Assembly: GCA_965113315.1 (NCBI GenBank)
Contig: OZ220363.1
Source of the DNA: Podarcis vaucheri
Lineage: Eukaryota
Direction: 5' to 3' (one strand)
DNA: 64,000 bases
Shown here: positions 48,103-59,249 of the stretch, one piece after another
Layout: each line of letters begins with the position of its first letter
Numbering within the stretch: the stretch's first letter is position 1
Position numbers and translations under genes: made by a program
Notes under the pieces: model-generated
The model's input: the letters and a program-made list of their open reading frames with translations, nothing else
Database searches by the model: none
What the model was told of the DNA's origin: nothing

Positions 48103-50805
48103 TTTTTTTAAAGCAGCGGCTTGGAATTCAGTGAAAAAGCACAGAGCTGTCTAGAGATATATGCATATTCTGTTCACTGGGAAGATATACCATAAATCAT
48201 AACCAGCACTAATGAGTAATGAAGAATGCAAGTTATGTTTTGCTATTCCCCACAAATCTTTTTTTGTTTCTGTTGGTTCATAAACTATTAACTATTAACA
48301 CCTTTTGTTTTGATCGCATAACGTCCTTAACATTCTCTATATAACCCCCTTGCTATATTCCTACCTCTCTCTAAAAAAAAAAAAAGACAAGAAGGGAAGA
48401 AAAAGGCGAGTCATAGTCAACCCAAATTTATACCAGTCATTTGGAATAGGCATATTACATTGAGCAGAAATTGTGTAGCTCCATATAAAATGACTGATCC
48501 AATCCACAGAGCCCAATTCTACACAAGCGCCGCAGGTTTGTACCATAATTAAGAAGTACACTAGTGACTTCATGCTTACGGCTGCAACTATGGCAACTTT
48601 TCTCTTTGATGTTAAAAATGTGCAGCATTGTCCCTCCGCACCTTCTTCTTCCTAATTCTTTTACAAAGAGAGAAGGAAGAGAAATAGAAGCATTTGTTTG
48701 TCTCTCCCTTCATTCTTTTTTCTCATAGTCTTCCATACAATAATATTAAAACAGCACGCTCTTTGTCGTGTACTGCAAAATGTACAAAATCATTCTGGCT
48801 CATTCTGAAACTAGAACGGAGAAAAGAAGGGAAACACACTCAGTAGCTCAATGCAACTATCAAAATTATAGATTTGAGTGGGATCAAAGTTTTACCAAAG
48901 TCTGTATACTGAAAAAAACTTAGTAAGAGAATTTAAACTATTTAACAAACTACATTTTAAAGTAGCAAGCCTAAGCTTAAAATCGAAAGATTTATCCTTA
49001 GTACTACACACTAATGCAAATAAGAAGGAAAAAATGTATTCATGTAAATTAGCCTGTTTGCATGCATGAATACCTTTTTCGACTACAGGCTGTTGCAGCT
49101 TGTGGCCTGTTGTAGGAATCACTTTTATCATTGGCAACAAACACTGTATGCACTTTTGGCACAAAAGGAAATGGCGAAAGGAAAACCCTAGACCTCCATG
49201 CAATTACCTGAATCTGTTCATACAACTCTTTCCACAGAGCACAAAAAGACACATCTTTTGAAACAAACAAACAAAGATCAGTTCATTTATTCTATGGCCC
49301 ATTTGCTTTTTGTAGGATAGAACTTTATGGACTCAGTGTTATCCCAAATGCATGCATGAAATCTGAGTTGCTGTCTCACAACTATACTGAATAACAAAGC
49401 AAGAATCCAAAGAGGTCCTTAGGTACATGCAAGTGGTGGTCAAGTAATTCCTGTCTTCAGCTGTTAACCTGCCACTTCTTGCGCTGCTTTGAAGACCACT
49501 CCCAAAGTCCCCGGAGTAGCTTTCAGAACAGTAGGCTGTGCTGCCTTTAGAAGGGGGGAGGGGGGGACATCAGAAGCATCAGTCCAAATGGGGCCTATTG
49601 GATCCCAACAGACCTCAAGAAAGTGGAAGGAAAATTAGAAGCCTTATGGTTCCAACAATTTCAGTGTTCCAAAGGGACAAAAAAAACCCCCCAAACTTTA
49701 ATGTGAAGAATTAAGACTAAATACAAGTCTCGACTGAATTGTAATAGAATAATATAATCACAACTGAATTGTAACAGAATAATAGCTTGCTTAAGAAAGC
49801 TAAGTAACAAAGAACTGTGATAAACAGTTTATTTATTGTCTGACGCAGTATAAGTTTTCACAAAAAAAACCTTAAGGAATATCTAAGGCAATCTGCATTA
49901 TTTTAATAGCATCCAACATTCCAGAAATAAGCACCCAACATTCCAGGAATAAGTTTAAAGCTTCAAATGCTGTTTATCTACTGTACCCCATAAGACCAGT
50001 CTTGCTTTCTGAAATAGCTCATAAAATGAGACTGAATCTATGTAACCTTTTACAACTATTTGGTACTATAAAAACAAAATCCCCTCTGTACATTAACACC
50101 TTCCATCCAGAAGGCCCCCAGAGTATTTTGTGTACCACATAGCCTGAGGCATCACACTAACTGAGGCTAAAGGTGGATTCAAATGACTTTAACTATTTTA
50201 CTCTCATCACAAGTTCATTTTTACAATCACCCTCCATGTGCTTCATGGTGAAAGAGGTCACATGAAAGATCTGACACACATCAAGATCAACGCAAGCTCA
50301 GCATGCCTCAAAAAGGCCACTTGTCAAATGTGTGTTATTTTGCAACATGAACATATAGTTCTGATCCTTTGCATGACCTAGTTCCAAACAGCTCTGCATA
50401 AGAAGTCACTGGGAAAACACTTGGGGGGGGGGGAGGTTGTGTGAACCCAACTTTGCCTTATTGGTAACACAGAATATAGTATAAGCTGACAACACTGCTC
50501 AGTGCAAGACATTTGAATCATGAAAAGAGCAGAATAATACCCTGCTGCACTTCAAGAGTGTTTTCATTTCTATTGTATTTCTTACACACAGCAGTAGAAT
50601 TTAAAAAGCGGGATGACAAGGTCCATCACGTAATCCACTGATGCGCCACTAAAATATATTTAGGAGAGGAAGTTAGGATTATGTGAGCCAGTTGAAACTG
50701 CCAGGGAATGTGGATGAGTAGATACATCCTACCCTGCCTATGCTAAGATTTGGGCATGACTCTGAAGCTTAAAACACCAACTCCTGCAAATAAGAATTAT
50801 TATTA

Positions 50806-50870
50806 TATTGTATTGTATTGTATTGTATTGTATTGTATTGTATTGTATTGTATTGTATTGTATTGTATTG
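50806..50870. repeat. (TATTG)13 pentanucleotide microsatellite
   Basis: 13 perfect units embedded in TAT-rich flanks. Confidence 0.97.
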
Positions 50871-53800
50871 TATTATAATTATATTATATTATTATTATAA
50901 ATTTCTTAGATTGCTTACTTTTAACAGTTCACCCAAAATGCTGTTTTCTATTCAAGCACCAGTTTCTTAATTCAATTATAATCTTCAAGTTTTAAAAACA
51001 ATCTCTAAGACCAAGCATGGTGATAATAATAAAAAATTCCAAGAGAAACAAGAATAATACCCAATATACTGGTTTTTTTCACTTCTGAAATCACTTGAGT
51101 ATTAGCATAAGAAACCAAAATGATTTAACTCCCCCTACAAATATAACCCGAGGAAAGCAGAGTTGTGAAAAGGTGTGCCCAGAGCACAGTGCATTCTTCT
51201 GAGGAATTTGTTCATCTTTACATTGTGTAAGGATGAGTCATAACTAGGAAATGTGCATTGTATATTTAAAAGAAAAACTCTCCTTATCATACAGTAGATT
51301 TACCCTAAAATGCAACATGTAACCTTTTGTGCTCTCTTCAATTAGGCTATGAAAGAGTCCCATTCTGACCTCAAAATTAAAGAATTTTTTCCAATCACAA
51401 AATACAAATGTGAGACAGGGTTGGGAGGGGGAAGTCTTAGGAAATATAAAGTGAATGTGAATATAAACAAGCCATCATTCTGGTAAGAGGAAATACAAAC
51501 AACCGGAATAAAAATAGTTGATGCACAAAAGCCATAATGAGGGGGTTGCTCAAAAAAAATAAAATAGCTCTGGCTTTGAATGGCTTGGATGAAATACAAA
51601 TTATCCACAGAAAAGTGTGGACTGGCATAAATGTTTGTGCAAAATTGCAAGTGTATTTCTAGAAGTATGCAAGAGGCAACCGGCTGCATTCTGTACAAGA
51701 TCCCAACAATGCTCTGCTTAAGTGATAGTGCAGAGTCCAAACCACTGCATTTTAATTACTATGCAGCCTCAGATATATTGCCTTTGATATGGAAATGTTC
51801 TTGTTCTCTCATCTTCACATACGGTCTCATGCACAGAAATCTTTATCTGATTCATAAAAAATAAACTAGAATCCAATCTCAACACCTGACCTCAGTGCTT
51901 AGAAGTTTTTTTACTAAGCATAGTGTCACTATAAAAAGAATGGCTAATATTGGTGTAAAGTTAGATATTTTGAGCAATGATATGAAGGCCCTGCAGTTAA
52001 GAATCAAGTCAATACTGCATTTCAGAGATGTACAGGTTTGGGAAGGTCTTCTTTCGGTGTACTGGAGAAACAATGGGTTAGATACATCTGTTCTGTAGAA
52101 GTTGCAAACAGCAGGCATTCCAATATTATCCCATCTTCCAAAGTACAAAAAAATGCCTTAGTTGGAATAACATACACTCACACTATATAAACATGTCCGT
52201 ATTTTTTCCAAGTAGCTTTGCTTGCAAATTATCTGTGTATTATTTTAAACCTGTGGGGTTTTGTACAGTAAATTACCAAAAATCAATCACCAAAGCTCTT
52301 CTACTATTTCCTCATGGCACACACACAGTAGATGAAATTCTTGTGGCACAATCAAAATACAGCTACATTTAATTTTATTTTGTATAGGGGTATTCACATA
52401 ACAAAAAAAGCTGCATGTCAACAGGTACAATCTGTATACAACAGAAGGAAACTATTAGTTATTATGATTGTTGGAATGCCATACAGTAAAAACTGTTGTA
52501 CGAACAAGGCAGTTTTGAAAAAAAATATAAACACAGCATACAAAGACAATAATTCCGGTATTGCTGCTTGTTAATGCCTTTAACAAATTCTACCAAATAT
52601 TTAATAATAATAAAAATATGCAAATATGTCTACTCCTGTTTCTAACATTTTTTTACACTGAACAATGATACAGGTTTACATCACTGTGGAAGATCTGACA
52701 TACCTGTAAATCAACTAGTTGTAGGTAATCTGTGCTTTGCATGATACTCCTAATCACAGTAACCTGATAGCGTGTTTCACTTGTATTCAGAAACATAAAA
52801 AAGCATTCATTTATATTACAAATAACCAAACAACCACATTTTATAATTGACTTTTTTCTTATTAAATAAGTACTTCTAAACAGTTTTAAACTGTGAAGAG
52901 GTTATTCTTTATTTAAAAATGCATGCATGGCTAAAACTGATAGAAGAATTGTCAAGTATGCAAGGGGGAGGGAAGAAATCACTATGTACCGATTCTTGTT
53001 TCTTTAACAGAAATCCATTTTTCAAGTTCCTGTTATACTAATTGAAAGAGAATTATTTAAAACTTCACTGAATACTTGAATATCTGATGGGTATGTGTAG
53101 CAGTTTCATCAGTGTCAAATAACTCATGACTTTCTAAGATAGCTACAAACCAGAAATTGGCACGATTATCTATTATGGCAATGTCCAAAACAGGCTAATT
53201 CTAGACCAAGCAAAATTATAATGAAAGGGATAATTTATCATAATTGCAATATCATTACGGTTTTAAAATCAGTGGATTTCTGGTCTGGCAAATATACATA
53301 ATGAACTCACCTCCTCTATATAACTTGGCACCTCAATCCTAAGTAAGCATACGCATTCAAGTCCCATTGAATTCAGTTTATTTCCGAATAACACTACAAT
53401 TTAAGTGGCGCTTACTTCTTAGTAAGCATGCATAGGAGTGAACTGCAAAGGTGACGGAAATAACACCCCGATTCTCAATGTAGTACTGATGGATAACACA
53501 TAACTTCTACACGTTTTCAGAACAGGGCATGCTAAGGGCATGCTAAATACTAGACAAACTGTAACATCACCTAAAAGATGTGTCCAAAACCAGGCACAAG
53601 AAATTGGGGGCGGGGATGAATTATTCATTTGCCTCAGTTTATAGATGTATAGAGAATATAGAGGTATAGAGAATATTTCTATGTAACAACGACAACAAAA
53701 TTTAAATACCTATTTAGGAGCTGGCCAAGAGCTTCATACTTACTTGCAACCTATTATAGCTGGGGAAAAGCTATAATAAAAAAATGGGGAAAAATAGACA

Positions 53801-55179
53801 ATATGCTGAGGAGGTTTGTTTCTGGGCATTCCACTCTTGAAATAAACTACAGGTGAATTAGTACTGTAATTCACATCTCATCAATCTAGTGCTACTCTAA
53901 AAACTTAAGTCTCTGTTTTCATGGTGGGAAGCACCACTAATTGGAATCTACCTTACAATGACAATCTAATACTGTTATTAGCTAGCATTAAAAACAGCTC
54001 TGTACAGAATTGACTGTGAATTGGCTTACATACAGGCATACATACATACAGACACACATTGAATTCTCTATCTGCCAAGAGCGCTACACACCCAGTGCAG
54101 TCACACTATGAATTGGGGATGGGATTAAACATTGAATTATTTTTCAGATATTTCACATAAAAAGCTAGCTACCTTGATATGCTTTATAAAGAGGTATTTC
54201 CTAGGGTGATTAAAGTGCTTGGCAAATATAATAAGGTTTTCACTGAAGAAACTTTTTTATGTCCACCAGAAGCAAAACAGTTATTTCTACTCATGTACGA
54301 AGGCCTGATCTCCATCACTTTTCCAGCTTTCCCTACACATTCATTGATTCTCCAACCCCCACAGAAAGAGGTTACCCTGAACTTAACACCGTTATTTTCC
54401 TCTTTAAAACATATTTGGTAAAAATGTCAGAAATGGACTAACTATAGGAGATAGACATGCCCAAGCCACAAAAACTGACCTTTGTTTTGCGTTAATACCT
54501 TAGTATGAAGCACTGCAACATATTCACATCATACAATTATCTTCAATTATTTTTTAAAGCTTGCCCTTATTTGAAGGCTATATAGTTTTGAACATTGGAT
54601 TGTGTACCTATGTATTCAACGCCCACAAACACTGAACTGTTATAGATTGAAACATATACATACACTATTAAGACAAATCTTAACCTACTCGGTAATAAAA
54701 ATGAATTCAGTATGGTTTGCTTCTGATAAGGCCAATCTATAAAGCATAGCTGTATCAGAATCCTTATTCTCATTCCCTGAACCTAGTCAATCAAACTTCA
54801 TAGCTGGCCACATAGCACCCTATGGAAATATTCATTCCATTCACCTAAACTGTTACACTCTTAGGTGACCAAAATATACACCCACATCATATTATCAAAT
54901 AACATTCTATCAAGTGTCCAACTTCCAGTATGTGTTTAGGAAAGGGGAAAATTTTAAGGCATTTCCACACTGCTCCTTTCAGAAGATATCACGCAACATA
55001 GTGTACAAACATAAATAATTAAAATCGCAATCAAATAGCCATATAGTACTACACAAAGAGACAATATACTCCTGGAATATACTGCATAGCTAACACATTC
55101 CTGAGGTGTGCGTGTGTATGTGGAGTTTGGAGTGGAGGTGTGTGTGTGAGATAAGAGAGATGGATAAGCACACATACAA

Positions 55180-56100
55180 GCCTATTTGCGGTGCAATAAT
55201 GCCAACGTCTGCACTGTTCAGCGCGGGGGACATGTTTACATGGGACACCAGTGGCGGGAGGCAGCAGTCACACAACTCATTTGTCCCAGACCAGTCGCAC
55301 TAAGATCAGTGGGGCTAATCCAGTGTAAACGAGTTGCGGCACTCCTGGCGCAAGCCAAGGGGGAAGGAGCGAGGCCCAGGCAAACTCTGCAGCCAAGCCT
55401 GCCTGGAGAAGCAGCACTGAAAGGAAGATAAAGCGTGGCCGGCGGCGGCGGCGGCGGCTCCCCCGCCCCCCAGCCCAGTCCCGCCGCTGTGGCGAGGGGT
55501 GTTGCAAGGCAGAGGCGCTGCGGCGCGTGTTCTTTGCTGCTGGCCCGCGGCTGCCACTCGCCCCCACCGAGCCGGAGCCGCCGCGCCATCTGTGGGGAAA
55601 CTTTGGAGACAAACCACCAAACCCCCTGCGGACGCCTCACCTCCCACTTTCCCTGCGGACCCTGCCGCCGCCGACGGCGCACTTGGCCGCCTCTGTATCC
55701 CTCCTCAGCGGTCGCTTCCAACAGAGCAGAGCTGGGTGGGGGGGTTAAGTTTGAAGAAGTTCGGCCGGCGAAGCACCCTTCCCCTCCCCCTCCCCCCGCC
55801 GCCGCGTGCGCGAGGATCGCCAGCTAACCCTAAAGGCAGCCAGCGCCTTCCTTCCTCGGGAATTAGAAGGTCGTTGATTGAGAGGAAGGGCCTGAGAATG
55901 CAAATGACCTTCTTCCTTCTCCCTCCCCGACAGCCTATTCCCGCCGCTCTCCGCCGAAGAGCGTTGAACTGCCCCTCTGCCGAGCAGGAGGCGGCGGCGG
56001 CGGCGGCTGCAGGAGCAGCAACCACGGCTTGCCTGAAGCTCTGCTCCTTGTGACTGACTGCACAGGGGGCGGGAGAGCTGCTGCCTGCGAGCAAAGTTTC
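55180..56100 (-). promoter_or_regulatory. CpG island / downstream alternative promoter with non-coding exons
   Basis: High GC and CpG density, GGC tracts, strong minus-strand donor GAG|GTGAGG (exon end 55641) and acceptor TTTATCTTCCTTTCAG (exon start 55416). Confidence 0.7.
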
Positions 56101-58162
56101 TTCTTATAGTCCTCAGGAGGGGCTAAAGACTTTTCCTGCCAGTTTTCCCAAGGACCTGTGTTCAGTTGCAAGCACAGGTGTAATTGTCCTATATCCTTTG
56201 GCCATTTTTTTAAAAGAAAGAAATATATGCTAGGAACTTTTTTCCCCCCTGAATCCACACTGGCTGATTTTAGTTCCCTCCTCCCAAATAACTTTTTTCT
56301 TTAAAAAGGAAAAAAAAAACCTCCTCTCGCCAAACTTATTGTATTTGATGTATGGATTCCCCAATACAATTGTTATGAATTGCTCTCCTTATATTCTTTG
56401 GCCTTTCATGGCCAGCTGAGGGGAGAGATTGCAGAGTTATTGTTTGCTTTCTCTCTCAGCCCCCCTCCCGTTCTCTCATTGCCTATTCTAAATTTGATGC
56501 CGAAGTTGAAGTAGTTGAATTGGCTAATTCTGAATACAGGCTATTGAGAGAGGCCAGACACAGCAAGTATATCCCTGTATAGCAATGGATACAATGTGCT
56601 GAATTGGCAGTCTAATTATAAATGTGGCATTTGGACCTCCTTTCAGAGAGCCAGTGCCACCTTACCTTATGAGGGAACTTCAACTACAGCAACTGTTCAA
56701 AACAAAATGCCATTACAGGATCAGCTTCACCCAACACTGGGACTAGCCAGGGGATTGTTTTACAAACAGCCTTTCTCACTTAACACAAGAATGTATTATA
56801 AGAAACGCAGTTATGGAGAAGGAGGCAGAGTTTAAAGAAAACGCTTAAGCAGTTCTCTGCCAGGTGTCAAGCTACTTCAAGCTGCAAACGTAATCCAAGT
56901 AACCTAATTATTTTCATTCAAATATGTACCTCCCTAAAAATACATTGGAGGAGAGGATCAGATTTATTTTTAATTTTTTAAAAAAGATTAACTTCGAGAT
57001 ACGGTTACTAATTATAAAAGGGAGATATCATACATACAGAAATCGGATGCCAAAAAGCGAGGGAGAAGAGTCTTAAGATACATCATCTTGCACAGGGCTT
57101 CCAAACGTTTTAGACAGAGGTTCGCGTTGCAGGGCAAATTTTGTGTCCATCTTAAAAACTATTTGCTTTGTGGCAGAGCGGTTTGATGCAATGAGCCCAC
57201 ACAAGGGAGTCAGTATAACAAGTGCAATCTAGCTGCAATCTCAAAGCAGTTTCTACAACACTACCACCTGCCCACCCAACCACAGTCAAACCCACCCAGC
57301 TACAGGGTTTTTCAAAATGTAAAAAGTCACTTTAGACCGAGATGCCCACCAGTTTCAATCACACCGTCATTTTAAAAATGAAAATATGTTTTAAATGTAC
57401 GTTCCTCTCCCCTTTCAAATTAAAATTAGGTTCAAAGCTGCTCACCCTACTAGGATGGGCTATTTAAAAAAAGAAACCCACATGCAACCTGTCTCCTTTA
57501 TCTGCATAACAACAGGCGCAGATACGCTTGTTTATCTCGTTAAGTTTCCCTGTCTGTGTTTTTGGGGGAACACCCAGGAGGACGTAGCTAATCTCCTGAC
57601 CGCAGGCTCCCAAGCCCCGGCGAGATCACCCTGACACACAGACACAACAACGCTCAATTGCCTTTTCACATTTGCCACCTCTTCCTTCTCGCCGTCCTTA
57701 AAAAAAAACACACCCGGGAAACGAGTCCTCCGCAAAGCAGAGGTGGCGGCAATCAAATCAATATGATCTGCGCCTCTGATTGACCCCAAGGCCCTGCTCT
57801 GCTCCTCAGACGCGCGCGCACACAAGGAACCCCGGCTGCAAAGCGGCTCCAAGGCGCTCCCAAAGGTGGCGGGGGTGGCGGGGGAGAGCTGGAAGACTTC
57901 AGATCTCACAGCAACAAAAAGCCCGTTATATACACTCGTGCAAGTTGTATGTGTGCGTGGTACAGTGTCATACATTTATATACACACACCTTCGTGTACT
58001 CTGTCCCATACATACGACACACACACACACCTGTTTTACTACTGGATCAAACAGAGAACTTTTAACTCCTGCCAAACGCCCTCTCTCATATATAACTTTA
58101 GGAATATTTGTAAGGCGACATTTCAACAATACAACGTAAAGCAAAATAAAAGCACCAGGTGA

Positions 58163-58240
<78 letters not shown>
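58163..58240. repeat. Compound (CT)n(CA)15 microsatellite
   Basis: Direct reading. Confidence 0.97.
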
Positions 58241-58243
<3 letters not shown>

Positions 58244-59249
58244 GCCTGGCTAAGTGACATGCAATTTTTCAGAGACAAACCAGATTTACAATAGAAGATT
58301 GAAAGATCTTCAAAATAAATTACATCAAACCCATCTTAATTTTTTTTAATAAGATCCTTCTTCAAAAATGTCAATCAAGAAGCACCACTTATGAAAAAAG
58401 GGGGGACTAGCGCTCCCACCAAACCACCTTGCTGCCTCCCTACCATCTCTGCAAAGTATGCTTAAAACTGCGGTTGAAGGCAGTTTCCCTGAGATTAAAG
58501 TTGCGCGAAATAACAACAGAAAACAACGACAGTAATGCAAAATAAAATACGTTCTGGGAACTTACTTTGCGTTTACTTTAGGCACTATTCTTTTCTTCCA
58601 GCTCGCAAAGGAAGCCGTTTTGTCCAGGTTAGGTATTGTCTACTTATGAATCAGCCCGTGGCTACGGGGTTTATTTTAATTTATGGCTTATGCATTCTTT
58701 TAAGGTCGATTTGCATGACCTCCGGCGAGAGCTAAGACACAGCAAGAAATCCCCAGCTGAATGTTGGGCGAGCCCACAATGCAGCTATGAGCTCCCCTTC
58801 TCATGGTGTAAGCAGAGCCCTGTGTGTTGTTGGGCTCTCACTCTTTTTCTCTCTCTCTCCCCCTCCCTGTGGAACACAAATTAGGGTGTGATATCAATTT
58901 TAAAGTTTTCAGTATAACTTTATCCCAGCCTCTGCCTGCGGAGAGATAAGGCGCCACAGGAACAGCAAATCCTCGATACACTGCCCCTCTGTGGTCAAAT
59001 CCAGCATTACCACCTAGCGGTATAATACTCTCCCCCCCCCCTTTCTCTTAAGGATCTGTTCTACAGATATATAAGCACACTAGCAGCGAACTTCTCGGCA
59101 AGTTTAACCACCACAAAGTTAACAGAGAAATTAGAGGCGCTAGCAAAGCCCCCTTGTTCCTTCATCCTTACTATCTCCAAGGGTGAGGGCTTCGGAGGAA
59201 TGGCAGAAGCTTTAGGCTCCCAAAGATTGATTTAAGGGCTTTATATTTT

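Noticed and set aside
52250-52950. AU-rich stretch resembling a 3' UTR
   Set aside because: No upstream coding exon or stop codon; more simply constrained first-intron sequence.
55217-55234. REST/NRSE-like TTCAGCGCGGGGGACA (also a half site at 5604)
   Set aside because: Several mismatches at core positions.
55236-56258. Long overlapping ORFs (110-184 aa) in the CpG island
   Set aside because: Open in many frames on both strands because of stop-codon scarcity in GC-rich DNA; low-complexity R/P/A/G peptides with no recognisable domain.
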